64,000 nucleotides of DNA from an uncultured archaeon (lineage in GTDB: Archaea > Thermoproteota > Bathyarchaeia > Bathyarchaeales > Bathycorpusculaceae). The DNA lies in assembly GCA_963810275.1 (NCBI GenBank), contig CAWENF010000010.1:1-64000 (forward strand), given 5' to 3'. The notes beneath the pieces were generated by a model that ran no database searches, had not been told where the DNA came from, and was given only the letters and a program-made list of their open reading frames with translations. Shown here one piece after another: positions 49,712 to 60,187 of the stretch. Each line of letters opens with the position of its first letter. Positions within the stretch are counted from its first letter, which is position 1. The position numbers were made by a program, and so were the translations under genes.

Positions 49712-50518
49712 CTAAATCTCGAATTTTTCGATAATGCGGTTCTCTCTTTCGCCGGTAATCATCGCTACAACATGGAAGAACTGTTCTAAGCCTGACTTTT
49801 GGATGCGGGGTTTGAGAAGTTCGTCTATTTGGAAGATGCCTGCAGAGTTCGACATTTTGATTAGGATATTAATGGGTTTAGTTTGATTTTCAACTACTTC
49901 AACCTCGACTTTTTCGATACTTAATGCAGAGACGGCGTGGATATCAACTTTACCACTTTGGAAAGGTATTCGAGCTCTGCCAGCCTCCATATCCAGTGCA
50001 TCTGCAATGCACACTATTCCGGCCTCTTTGGTTAAGATACGGTTAACGGGTTCTTGGCTGGGGGGCTGTTCGTGGGTGATGATAGCGTGAAGTACCTCAG
50101 AGGTTACGATGGCTTTCTGCTCTTCAGTATAAGTGGGAGCTAAGATGGATTGGAGTATGTCGTACGCTAATATAGCGCTGTATTTCTCGTGGTCTCGACG
50201 CTGAACACACATACCCAAATCATGCATAACTGAACCTAGAACGATTACGACTTCGGCGTCGTCATTTTCTAACCCATAGTTTTCAACTATACTTGGCTTG
50301 ATAAGGTTCTTTTCTATCAGAATTCTAAGGAGTTTAAGAGCAATGTTAGCAACGATTTTAACGTGTGTGGGACCGTGGTCTGTGTAGCCCATGCGTTCAA
50401 TAGCCATGACGTTGCAGCATCGCCAGTAAGCTTGCAGTTCTTTGTCTCCGCGGATTCTTTCAACTATTGTTTTTAGTTTGATGTTGTTTCGAACTGGGAT
50501 GTTAAATGTATATGACAA
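49712..50518 (-). CDS. HD-domain phosphohydrolase
   Basis: DHGPTH, MHDLG, ADALDM..GRAR. Confidence 0.85.
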   Translation of the reverse strand: MSYTFNIPVRNNIKLKTIVERIRGDKELQAYWRCCNVMAIERMGYTDHGPTHVKIVANIALKLLRILIEKNLIKPSIVENYGLENDDAEVVIVLGSVMHDLGMCVQRRDHEKYSAILAYDILQSILAPTYTEEQKAIVTSEVLHAIITHEQPPSQEPVNRILTKEAGIVCIADALDMEAGRARIPFQSGKVDIHAVSALSIEKVEVEVVENQTKPINILIKMSNSAGIFQIDELLKPRIQKSGLEQFFHVVAMITGERENRIIEKFEI

Positions 50519-50699
50519 TTAGCGCGGTAGCTCCTGTAAATTAATATGTAGTGGTAGGTGCATTTTCCGCTATATTAGTTTGGGCTGTGTAAGTTTTTAG
50601 TGTTGAGTTTTAAGAAAGATATGATTTATTTGAAATTTCAAGGATTTCAGTGTTGCTCCAATCGCTTTTTTCCTCATAAAAGCATTTGCAATGCACCTA

Positions 50700-51223
50700 C
50701 GAGCAGTAATCTGGAAGACCCATGGAAGCCCACATAGATGTTAATAGCCTATTATTGCTTGGACTTGGAAGTCGATTTACATTAAGCAGAGCATGGATTA
50801 CGGTAGTCCCCACCCCAATACTTAATGATATGGTGTATCTGAATTTGAAGCAGGGTAAATTTTGTATGCTGGCTAGTTTTTTCCAGTCAATGCCCTTGCC
50901 AAACTGTCCTTTTACTATAATATTATAGTAAATGCCTATGTTGTTCTCGCTGCCATCGTTGATTAGGAAAGGGTTGGTTTTTGATAATGAGATCGATTAT
51001 TTTGTTTTCTTAGGTTTATCCTTGATGTATATTATGCTTTCTCGGCGTATTTGTCAGTTGTATAAGTTGTTTCTATGTCATAAGAGTTGTCGCTTATTTG
51101 TACTTCGCATGTTGGGGTTTTGAATTTGATTAATTGAACGGAGGCAAATAGAATTATGATTAGGATTAATACGGCTATGGCGATAGGAAACAGTGTACGA
51201 CCTATTTGGTTGGATGTATTCGT
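50700..51223 (-). pseudogene. Decayed secreted-protein gene
   Basis: Fragments in several frames: TM segment, DNSYDIETTYTTDKY, IKNQPF, YYNIIVKGQF, DFQVQAIIGY; stops and frameshifts; ends approximate. Confidence 0.55.
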
Positions 51224-51408
51224 GGTTTGGGTTCACCGGATTTTTTAATTTATTCTTCTTGGTTAGGTTTCTTGATAAGCGTCTTTTTTTATTTCGTTGG
51301 GTTTTTTTGGGCTAATTTTCAAAAACTTGCCGCCCCTTCTTTTTTTGGATTAGACTAGCACTTATATCTCAGATTAATTTCATTTGACCATGAAGAAGAG
51401 GTATTTTT

Positions 51409-52104
51409 ATGTCAATAACAACTGTGCCAGTTGTAGAAGCATTTAACGTCAAAAAAACATATATGCTCGGTAAAGTTCCGGTGGAGGCACTCCGTGGTGT
51501 AAACTTCCGAGTTGAAAACGGAGATTTTGTCTCAATTCTTGGTCCGTCAGGAAGCGGGAAATCAACCATGCTTAACCTCATAGGCGCATTGGACAAGCCA
51601 ACAGCTGGAACTCTTTTAATCGATGGTGTAGACATCAGCAAACTAAACGACAACCAACTAGCAGACCTACGCTTGCGTATCGGCTTTGTTTTCCAGTTTT
51701 TCAACCTAATTCCAAGGTTAACTGCCCGCGACAACGTAGAACTCGCTATGTCCATCGCAAACACCAGCAAAAGTCAACGAAGAAAACACGCAATTGAACT
51801 CCTGGAGACCGTGGGATTAAAAGAACGCATCAACCATAAACCCTCAGAACTCAGCGGCGGACAGCAGCAAAGAGTTGCCATCGCCCGCGCTCTTGCGAAC
51901 AGCCCTAAGTTTTTGCTACTTGACGAACCTACTGGAAACGTAGACTCAAAAACCGCAAGCGATGTTATGGGACTAATTTACAAATTGAACAAGGAAAACG
52001 GAGTCAGCATCATAATGGTAACGCACGACGAGAAACTCGCCCATGAAGCAAAACGCACTACGCAGATGTTTGACGGTAAAATTCTGGAGGAAAAAGTGAC
52101 CTAA
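51409..52104 (+). CDS. MacB/LolD-type ABC ATP-binding protein
   Basis: [23 protein letters not shown]. Confidence 0.9.
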   Translation: MSITTVPVVEAFNVKKTYMLGKVPVEALRGVNFRVENGDFVSILGPSGSGKSTMLNLIGALDKPTAGTLLIDGVDISKLNDNQLADLRLRIGFVFQFFNLIPRLTARDNVELAMSIANTSKSQRRKHAIELLETVGLKERINHKPSELSGGQQQRVAIARALANSPKFLLLDEPTGNVDSKTASDVMGLIYKLNKENGVSIIMVTHDEKLAHEAKRTTQMFDGKILEEKVT

Positions 52105-52105
52105 A

Positions 52106-53419
52106 ATGCGGGCTTTTGACATTTTTAGTTACTCTTTTAGTGCTATTAAACTTCGTAAACTTCGAGCTGCTCTTACAACACTTGGTGTTATTATTGGTAT
52201 AGCTGCAATTGTAGCTTTGCTTTCGATAACACAGGGCCTACAGGCGACTATAACAACTCAGCTTAACCAGGGTCTATCCGCAAATACTTTAATTGTGACT
52301 GCTAGCAGTGGCGGAGCTGGAGGATTTGGCGGTTTCGGTGGAAGCGGCAATGCAGGTGACCCTTTTGGAGGTGGAGGAGGCGACAGTTCAGGTTTTAGTC
52401 TCTATGCAAACTATACTGATGAAATCAATGCCCTATCACCGGATATAAAGTCCTCAGTCGCTATCATGAGCCATGGCGGCTACATCTCAAGTGAGAACCT
52501 AAACCGTACAGTCACCATCTACGGCGTCAAGTTTAATGACTACGCAAATGTCTACGAAACCACGTTTGTTGCACAGTCAGGCGCCATCCCCAGCAACCCA
52601 GCATTAGATGACGCTATAGTTGGTTCCCGAGTCAATCAGCCGGGACAAAATGGAACTATATTCTTCAATCCAGGCGACCAAATCAACGTAACATGGACAA
52701 ACGCCACCATCCTTCCCCCAGTGAACGAGACCTACACAGCCAATGTGGTGGGTGTATTAGAGAAAATCGGTGGATTCGGTATCGGTGGACCCTCAGACAC
52801 AGGTGTATACATCCCCATTGAGAAAGCTCAGAGCTTCCTCGGAACAGATCAAGTCGACATGATCATCGTCAAATTGAGAAACAGCGACAACGCAACCATC
52901 AGCACCGTCTCCAAAATCATTACAAACCACTTCAGCGACCAAGTAAGCGTCATCTCATCAACCGCAGTTCTAAGCCTGCTCTCAACCGTGTTCGGAACTA
53001 TACAGCTGTTTCTGGGGGGGATTGCTGCGATTTCACTGCTCGTTGCAGGCATAGGCATAATGAATATCATGATTGTATCACTGATTGAGCGTACCCGCGA
53101 AATCGGGATCCTTAAGGCGTTGGGCATGAAGAGTCGAACTGTGCTTACTATTTTCCTTGGCGAATCAGTCATCATCGGCTTTATGGGTGCAATAGTCGGC
53201 ATAGTGCTGGGATGGGGATTGGCAAACGTTACAGCTACCCTTCTTGGCAGCGGCGCCCTAATGGGAGGCAGCTCAGCTTTTGCCATCACCCCACTACTAA
53301 CTCCCGACGTCATCATAGGGGCTTTTGGCTTTGGCATCGGCGTTTCAGTGATCTTTGCTTTGTACCCAGCGTGGCGAGCCTCAAAACTTAAGCCAGTAGA
53401 CGCATTGCGCTATGAGTAA
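52106..53419 (+). CDS. MacB/FtsX-type ABC permease
   Basis: LTTLGVIIG, ERTREIGILKALG, YPAWRASKLKPVDALRYE. Confidence 0.9.
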   Translation: MRAFDIFSYSFSAIKLRKLRAALTTLGVIIGIAAIVALLSITQGLQATITTQLNQGLSANTLIVTASSGGAGGFGGFGGSGNAGDPFGGGGGDSSGFSLYANYTDEINALSPDIKSSVAIMSHGGYISSENLNRTVTIYGVKFNDYANVYETTFVAQSGAIPSNPALDDAIVGSRVNQPGQNGTIFFNPGDQINVTWTNATILPPVNETYTANVVGVLEKIGGFGIGGPSDTGVYIPIEKAQSFLGTDQVDMIIVKLRNSDNATISTVSKIITNHFSDQVSVISSTAVLSLLSTVFGTIQLFLGGIAAISLLVAGIGIMNIMIVSLIERTREIGILKALGMKSRTVLTIFLGESVIIGFMGAIVGIVLGWGLANVTATLLGSGALMGGSSAFAITPLLTPDVIIGAFGFGIGVSVIFALYPAWRASKLKPVDALRYE

Positions 53420-53509
53420 AACTTTTTTCTTTTCTTTTTTTGATATTTCTTTAGGGGCTTATCCAGAGAGGTTTTAAGGCAGAATCAACATAACCCAATT
53501 GTGTTCTAA

Positions 53510-53956
53510 ATGAAACGACTCTACCCTGACCAGCCAGTCGTAGGCATAGGCGTGATCGTAGTTAAAGAGGGTAAACTCGCGCTTATCAAGCGGGGCAACG
53601 ACCCCGGAAGAGGTAAGTGGAGCATCCCCGGCGGCTTGGTGGAGTTGGGTGAACACCTTGAAGCAACCGTTATCCGAGAAGCCAAAGAGGAAACAGGTTT
53701 AACTGTTCAGAATCCCAGACTTGTTGATGTTGTGGATAATGTCGAAGTGGATACTGAGGGGATTGTGAAGTACCACTACGTGATAATAGACTTCCTTGTT
53801 GAGGTCTTGGAGGGTGAGGCGGCTGCGGCGAGCGACGCTGAAGTTTTGCGCTGGGTGCCACTTGATGAAGTAGAGAACTACGTTTTGACGGCATCGTTTA
53901 GGGAATTTTTCAAAAAGAACCGTCAAAAACTCGGCAACGTCAATTCCTATCCTTAA
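53510..53956 (+). CDS. Nudix hydrolase (ADP-ribose pyrophosphatase-like)
   Basis: Nudix box GGLVELGE...REAKEETG. Confidence 0.9.
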   Translation: MKRLYPDQPVVGIGVIVVKEGKLALIKRGNDPGRGKWSIPGGLVELGEHLEATVIREAKEETGLTVQNPRLVDVVDNVEVDTEGIVKYHYVIIDFLVEVLEGEAAAASDAEVLRWVPLDEVENYVLTASFREFFKKNRQKLGNVNSYP

Positions 53957-54100
53957 TCATCTGAATTTACCATTGATTAACAAAATTGGACGTGATTTAG
54001 TATTTTCTCTTTTTAAGGATAAAGCACCCCAAAAACAGCCAAAAACATATATTATATAACTAAACCTGTTTCTTTTCACCACTCTGAACTGGGCGAAAAG

Positions 54101-55012
54101 ATGGAGTATACACATAAAATACTAGAGCTCAAAAAACAGAAAAAAGCTATCATACTTGCACATAACTATCAACGCCCGGAAATCCAAGACATCGCCGACT
54201 ACGTAGGTGACAGCATCGAGCTTGCAAAAAAAGCTATGCAGGAAAAAAATGCAGACATAATCGTTTTCTGCGCCGTGGACTTCATGGCTGAATCCGCAGT
54301 TTTACTTAACCCTAAAAAGAAAGTTCTCTTACCTTGTATAGGTGCACGTTGCCCAATGGCGCAGATGCTTACAGTCGACGAGATTAGAAGCGCCAAAAAA
54401 CAGTACCCAAATGCGCCTGTAGTGCTCTACGTTAACACTTTAGCCAGCTGTAAAGCCGAAGCCGACGTTTGCTGCACAAGCGCCAATGCCGTTGAAGTCG
54501 TCAAATCACTGGATTCCGAAACCATCCTGTTCGGCCCCGACAGCAATCTCGCGGAATATGTCGCTGAAAAAACAGGCAAAACAGTAATCCCGATCCCAGC
54601 AGATGGTTTTTGCCCTACCCACTTGCTTTTCCAACCCGAAGACGTAGAAGCAATCAAACTGCAGCATCCGGAGGCCATAGTGATGGTGCATCCTGAATGC
54701 AGCAAAGAAATGCGTGATGCGGCAGACTTTGTAGGTAGCACATCAAAAATGTGCCGCTACGCAAAAGAATCTACCGCTAAAGAATTCATCGTTGGCACCG
54801 AAGGTGGAATCCTGCATAGACTAATCAAGGAGAACCCGAGCAAAAAGTTCTATTTAGCTTACGACGGAGCAGTTTGTCCAAACATGAAGTTAACAACTCT
54901 TGAACGCGTTTATGAAGCGCTCAAAGACGAAAAGAATGAAGTAAAAGTGCCCGATGAAGTGGCTAAAAAAGCTAAGGCTTCATTGGAAAAGATGTTTGCC
55001 GTTAATTCTTAG
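54101..55012 (+). CDS. nadA: Quinolinate synthase
   Basis: LAHNYQ, CPMA, YVNT, CPTH, HPEC, CPNMK. Confidence 0.95.
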   Translation: MEYTHKILELKKQKKAIILAHNYQRPEIQDIADYVGDSIELAKKAMQEKNADIIVFCAVDFMAESAVLLNPKKKVLLPCIGARCPMAQMLTVDEIRSAKKQYPNAPVVLYVNTLASCKAEADVCCTSANAVEVVKSLDSETILFGPDSNLAEYVAEKTGKTVIPIPADGFCPTHLLFQPEDVEAIKLQHPEAIVMVHPECSKEMRDAADFVGSTSKMCRYAKESTAKEFIVGTEGGILHRLIKENPSKKFYLAYDGAVCPNMKLTTLERVYEALKDEKNEVKVPDEVAKKAKASLEKMFAVNS

Positions 55013-55416
55013 ACGTTTACTATCATGGCTTTTAGGATTTTTACTCCTCGCCGCGTCGTCAATTCGTTGCTTAGATGGCGGATTTCTGAGCCTTTGCCGC
55101 TTACGGCTATGACTTCGAGGCAGTCTGTTTGGTTTAAGTGAATATGCATAGTTGAGGAGATAATGTTGTGATGGTGGTGCTGGTGCTCGGTCAAGTCGCT
55201 TTCTAATCCTCGAACTTCATGGTCGTATACCATCAAAATAACGCCTGTCTGAATGGCGGCTTCCTCTTGGAGCCATTTACGTTCGGAAACATAGAGGCGC
55301 ACGGCGTCTTGGATGGCTTTGCTTCGGCTTTCATACCCCATTTTCTGAGTGATTTCATCAAAGTCTTTTAGTAGTTCAGGTGGGAAAGTTACGCCTACAC
55401 GAACAATTTTAGACAT
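55009..55416 (-). CDS. nikR: Nickel-responsive regulator
   Basis: RVGVTF...SRSKAIQDA, YDH, QH, HIH, CLEV. Confidence 0.88.
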   Translation of the reverse strand: MSKIVRVGVTFPPELLKDFDEITQKMGYESRSKAIQDAVRLYVSERKWLQEEAAIQTGVILMVYDHEVRGLESDLTEHQHHHHNIISSTMHIHLNQTDCLEVIAVSGKGSEIRHLSNELTTRRGVKILKAMIVNV

Positions 55417-55523
55417 AGAGACCAATTGTATAGTTCGCTTTTCTCACAGAAAAGCTTTGTCACAGTCCCAAAATGCTTTGGAGCTTGAAAAGCTTTTATG
55501 ATTGCAAAACACGTTTTCCTCTG

Positions 55524-56411
55524 ATGTCGGGAAAAGAATTCTTCACAGACCGCTACCGCCAACTCGGCTGGCAGCATCGCGAAGTTCAACTGCGGCAAGC
55601 AATCCGTGTTAACAGCACAAACAGCAAAGGCAAAAACATAGTGGAACGCCTCTCAAAGTTGGGGGTACAGCTCGAAAAAATTTCATTTCTACCGAACGGT
55701 TACTGGGTGGCAAACTCTAAGGTCTCCCCGGGTGCAACAGCCGAGTACCTCCTTGGGTTGTACTCGATTCAGGAAGCCGCCGCACAACTACCCGTCACCG
55801 TATTCTGCGCTCTGAAGGGCAAAAAAGTGCTTGACTGCGCCGCCGCACCTGGAGGAAAAACCATCCAAATTGCCGATGCCATGGAAAACACTGGTGTGAT
55901 CGTTGCACTTGATGTTGATAAACGTCGACTTTTAGCATTGGGGAACCAACTTGAACGGTGCCGGGTCGCCAACACCGCGGCATACCTCCTTGATGCACGC
56001 CAAGCCGCCAAACTTAGCTTAACATTTGACCGCATTCTCCTTGACGCACCATGCTCGGGCAACTATGCAGCGGATAAGGCCTGGTTTAGGAACCGCACAA
56101 TAAGAGATGTGGAAAGAAACGCAGCTCTTCAAAGGGAACTTTTGACCAAAGCATTGGATTGCCTCTCTGAACGCGGCGAATTTGTATACTCGACATGTTC
56201 ACTTGAGCCCGAAGAGAACGAGCTCAACATGGATTGGGCCGTCAAAAACTTGGATGTAGAGATTCAAGAAATAAACTGCTATGGTACACCAGGGTTAACA
56301 AACGTTTTCGGCAAAGATCTTGACAGTTCAGTTGCACATTGCAGACGGGTTTGGCCAGCCCAAACACAGGGCTTTTTTGTTTGCAAATTAAAACGGAGCC
56401 AGCAACGATGA
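55524..56411 (+). CDS. RsmB/NOP2 RNA m5C methyltransferase
   Basis: DCAAAPGGKT, LLDAPCSG, YSTCS...ENE. Confidence 0.9.
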   Translation: MSGKEFFTDRYRQLGWQHREVQLRQAIRVNSTNSKGKNIVERLSKLGVQLEKISFLPNGYWVANSKVSPGATAEYLLGLYSIQEAAAQLPVTVFCALKGKKVLDCAAAPGGKTIQIADAMENTGVIVALDVDKRRLLALGNQLERCRVANTAAYLLDARQAAKLSLTFDRILLDAPCSGNYAADKAWFRNRTIRDVERNAALQRELLTKALDCLSERGEFVYSTCSLEPEENELNMDWAVKNLDVEIQEINCYGTPGLTNVFGKDLDSSVAHCRRVWPAQTQGFFVCKLKRSQQR

Positions 56412-56875
56412 AATCTAAAACCATCACTGACTTTGCGCAAAGATTCGGCGTTAAAATCGCATTAAACCCCGAGTTAACGGTTGAAAAGAACGGACGCTAC
56501 TTCCTTCTAAACGAATCCCTGAAAAAGGTTTTGCTATCAGACTTTTATGTTGCAGGCATCTATCTGGGAAAGGCAAAAGAAGGAAAGTTTTTTCCAAGCT
56601 TTAACCTGCTTTCTATGCTATCTAAGCATGCGGCTAACCGTGTGGTGGTGGACCAGAAAGCAGCGTGGCTGTTTATTTGCGGAAGAGACATCTTGACAAA
56701 AGGTATTCTGCGAACTTTTGGAGTCACAAAGAAGGGTACGGCAACAATAGTTATGAATGAATTCGGTGAATGCTTGGGTTTTGGGACATTTCGGAGTGGT
56801 ACTATCGATTCAAATGCGAGTGTTGCGGTTAGGCATGTTTTGGATTTAGGTGATTTTCTGCGTCGTGAACGGTAG
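56408..56875 (+). CDS. NIP7-like PUA-domain protein
   Basis: WLFICGRD, NEFGECLGFG, DLGDFLRRER; coupled to the NOP2 gene. Confidence 0.8.
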   Translation: MKSKTITDFAQRFGVKIALNPELTVEKNGRYFLLNESLKKVLLSDFYVAGIYLGKAKEGKFFPSFNLLSMLSKHAANRVVVDQKAAWLFICGRDILTKGILRTFGVTKKGTATIVMNEFGECLGFGTFRSGTIDSNASVAVRHVLDLGDFLRRER

Positions 56876-57260
56876 CGTTATAGTTCTTTTGTAAAGATTC
56901 AATTTTTTTGGTTAATGATCGATAATTTGAAGATAAAAAATACTAAACTATCTCTGTCCCTAGTGTAAGCTGGTTGGAAAAAACAATAATATTTAAATAA
57001 AATCGCGTTCAGGCGGCTGGACAAACGCGTGTGAAAAGCTAAGAAAACATCACTTTTGCACATTTTTCTTATTCTTATTTTACCCATGAACTGCATTCTT
57101 GTATAAAAAAAAGGCGTTTTATTGATTAAATTTTCAATGCTTAACCTGTGAGGTGAATACTTATGCAGTTTTCATAACTTCTCGCACTAAAACTTAAATA
57201 CATTCAAACATAAATGCTATCAAATCAAATGTCCAGTATGAGAGTGAGGCATGGAAAGAA

Positions 57261-58625
57261 ATGAAAAATTTCAAAAACCAAACCTGGAAAGAACAGGTAA
57301 CAAAAGTTATTCAACAAATCCAGCAACAAGACATAAAGTTTGTTAGGCTACAATTCACCGACATCAACGGCTTCCTCAAAAACTTGGCAGTGAGCTCCAA
57401 GAATATTGAAAGCATCTTTGAAAACGGGCAATCCTTCGACGGTTCTTCAATTACCGGTTACAGGCCGATTGAAGAATCCGACATGGTTCTCTATCCAGAC
57501 CCGTCCACTTTTGCGGTTCTGCCTTGGAGGCCAAAAGAGAGGTCCAGTGCGAGATTAATCTGCGATGTTTACACTCCGCAAAACAAACGTTTCGAAGGCG
57601 ATCCCCGCTACATCCTTGAACGCGCACTTGAGAAAGCCGATAAAGCAGGTTACACATTCATTTGTGCTCCTGAACTTGAATTTTTCATCGTCAAAGAAAG
57701 CGAAACCGGCGGCTTACCAACACCAATTGACTTAGCAGGCTATTTTGATTTCCACCCCGGGGACTTAACCGACGACTTGCGTCGCGAAATCGCTGACACA
57801 GCAGAGGCTTTCGGTATTGAAATTGAAATTAGCCACCACGAGGTTGCTTTGGGTCAAAACGAAATCGACTTCAAATACGGCGAAGCGCTGGACACTGCTG
57901 ACCGTGCAATCACCATGAAGATGTGCGGAAAAGTTGTCGCAGCACGCAACGGCTACATAGCAACGTACATGCCTAAACCATTCCAGGGCATAAACGGAAG
58001 TGGCATGCACACTCACCAGAGCCTCTGGAACAGAGACATGACTCAGAACATGTTCTATGCTGAAGACGCAGCTAAAGGCTACCTGTCTGATCTTGCACGC
58101 AACTATATCGGCGGTCAACTGGCTCACGGACGCAAAATGGCCGCTGTACTAAACAGCTGGCCAAACAGCTACAAACGACTCGTACCAGGCTACGAAGCAC
58201 CCGTCTATTTGGCTTGGGCACATAAAAACCGAAGCCCACTTATCCGTGTACCTAACTTTGGCGGAAGAAAGAATGCGGCAAGAATGGAAATCCGCTGCCC
58301 AGACGGTGCAGGCAATCCATACCTCCAGTTCGCTGTTCTGCTGGCTGCAGGTCTTGACGGCATTAAAAACAAGATTGACCCCGGAGATGCTGTAGAGCTA
58401 AACGTTTACCACATGACCTACGAAGAACGACGCCAACGCGGCATTGTTTCGTTGCCTGAGAACCTCAAGGAATCCCTTGATGAGCTTGAAAGCAGCGAGT
58501 TAATGAAGGAAACCCTCGGCCCAGTTGCCTTTGAGAACTTCCTCAAAGAGAAACGCTATGAATGGGACCTTTATCGCACCCAGGTCACCGAATGGGAAGT
58601 AAACCGTTACATAAAACGGCTCTAA
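57261..58625 (+). CDS. glnA: Glutamine synthetase type I
   Basis: FDGSSI, HHEVA, MPKP..GINGSGMH, NSYKRLVPGYEAP. Confidence 0.95.
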   Translation: MKNFKNQTWKEQVTKVIQQIQQQDIKFVRLQFTDINGFLKNLAVSSKNIESIFENGQSFDGSSITGYRPIEESDMVLYPDPSTFAVLPWRPKERSSARLICDVYTPQNKRFEGDPRYILERALEKADKAGYTFICAPELEFFIVKESETGGLPTPIDLAGYFDFHPGDLTDDLRREIADTAEAFGIEIEISHHEVALGQNEIDFKYGEALDTADRAITMKMCGKVVAARNGYIATYMPKPFQGINGSGMHTHQSLWNRDMTQNMFYAEDAAKGYLSDLARNYIGGQLAHGRKMAAVLNSWPNSYKRLVPGYEAPVYLAWAHKNRSPLIRVPNFGGRKNAARMEIRCPDGAGNPYLQFAVLLAAGLDGIKNKIDPGDAVELNVYHMTYEERRQRGIVSLPENLKESLDELESSELMKETLGPVAFENFLKEKRYEWDLYRTQVTEWEVNRYIKRL

Positions 58626-58637
58626 ATCTCTGTTTAA

Positions 58638-58675
58638 GTAAGCCTTTTGGCTTACACCAAAATTTTTCTTTTATT
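58638..58675 (+). terminator. Hairpin plus T-tract after glnA
   Basis: GTAAGCC-TTTT-GGCTTAC followed by T-rich sequence. Confidence 0.5.
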
Positions 58676-58886
58676 TTGCGGATAATTTTTTCAGTTTCTC
58701 TCGTAAATAAGACCTTCTTATAAATTTTTCAGCCAACCACTTTGCGGGCTAATAGGGGTTGATTGACTTTCTTTTTATATAAAATAATGAAGAAAAAACA
58801 AGCTTTCAAATCCATGAATCAAAGAACGTGAGGCTGTTGGGACCGAAAGCTTAAATTTGTTAGTATACGACTGTTTGCGGCTGAAT

Positions 58887-58961
58887 GGGCCGGTAGATCA
58901 GTCTGGTATGATCGCCGCGTTCGCAACGCGGAAGCCGCGGGTTCAAATCCCGCTCGGTCCA
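58887..58961 (+). tRNA. tRNA-Ala(CGC)
   Basis: GGGCCGG/TCGGTCC acceptor with G3:U70, CCGCG-TTCGCAA-CGCGG, TTCAAAT loop. Confidence 0.95.
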
Positions 58962-59304
58962 CTTTTGCCCCTGCCAACTCATATTTTGAAGAAAGATAAG
59001 CGATATTTTTAACCTAAAAACAAATGTATTTTTGCTAAAGATACAGTTGAGAGATATTGCAGAAGACAAGATTTTTAGCAAAAAACACAGACTCTATAAA
59101 AGACGTCAAAACTTCATTTCAGCCATTTCATCATTGAAAGTCTAGGTTTCGCATTGTTTCCGCCGAGTCAAACGACATGCAACGATTCTTTTTTTCATTT
59201 TAATGGAGAAATTCTCGAAAAAAAGCTGAATATGAATTTACAATTCATAAAGATATTATATAATGTAGATATATTCAACAGCAACCCCCCATAAGTGAAG
59301 GAAA

Positions 59305-59511
59305 ATGAAACAAAACAGAAAATCCCTTAAAGCAAAGATGTACAGAAGTCTTTCTAATGAAATTAAAGGACTTCCAAAACCGACCCAGAAAATCTTGATA
59401 GACGATTTAGTTACGGCATTTGAAAATAGACTTCTAGTCTTCAATAAAAAAAATCCCTTTGAGCTTGAAGTAATTACTGGATTGGAAGTATCACAGGAAG
59501 TGCCACAATGA
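59305..59511 (+). CDS. Small hypothetical protein coupled to a wHTH gene
   Basis: 68 aa, ATGA overlap with the next gene. Confidence 0.6.
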   Translation: MKQNRKSLKAKMYRSLSNEIKGLPKPTQKILIDDLVTAFENRLLVFNKKNPFELEVITGLEVSQEVPQ

Positions 59512-59798
59512 GACGCTCAAAATTAGAGATTTATCTGGATATACTTGATATTTTATCGATTAAGGGACCACTCAAACTGACTCATATAATGTACAAATCG
59601 AATGTTAATTGTAGCGTTCTCAAAGAGCAGCTTGATTTTCTCATAAAGAATAATCTTGTGGAAGAGCGTTTATTGGCGAAAGAGAGAGTTGTTTACGCTA
59701 TTTCACAAAGAGGGCTAAACGTGCTAAAGGCGTTTAGAGAAGTAAAAAAAGTCCTGCAAATAGAAGAGGAAAAGCATATACCACAACTTCTTTTCTAA
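59508..59798 (+). CDS. Archaeal winged-helix transcriptional regulator
   Basis: MRRSKLEIYLDIL...THIMYKSNVN...YAISQRG. Confidence 0.85.
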   Translation: MRRSKLEIYLDILDILSIKGPLKLTHIMYKSNVNCSVLKEQLDFLIKNNLVEERLLAKERVVYAISQRGLNVLKAFREVKKVLQIEEEKHIPQLLF

Positions 59799-60187
59799 AT
59801 GGAGCGCAGGCATAATCCCTTACTTATTATTGAAAATTAATCAACTAAAAAATATCTAATTTTTCTTTATCCTCATTTCGCTTGCAACTTTAGTCTGTGA
59901 GATGACAACAATTAATTTATGTTAGCTAAAAAATCAGTGTTATTGATCGTGAAGGATAAAATAAACATCACCATACAGCGCAGGTTGTCAACGTATTAAT
60001 AAAAAAGTTTTTATCGCGTTGTGAAGATTGATCTGACTAAACAACTACTGTACCAGCTGATCCACGACTCTCTCGACTTAGCTAAACCCTGAATATTCTT
60101 AATTCAGCAGTTGATATGTCTGGCGGGGTTCAATGGAGGCGACTTCCTGAATAAGTTGCCAGATTTAAAAGATTATATTTTTGTTTG

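Noticed and set aside
56900-57260. NrpR operator upstream of glnA
   Set aside because: No GGAA-N6-TTCC found by eye.
60050-60165. Hairpin GGCGACTT/AAGTTGCC and GC-richer patch
   Set aside because: Lies between convergent genes and is most simply a terminator; no other structure is supported.
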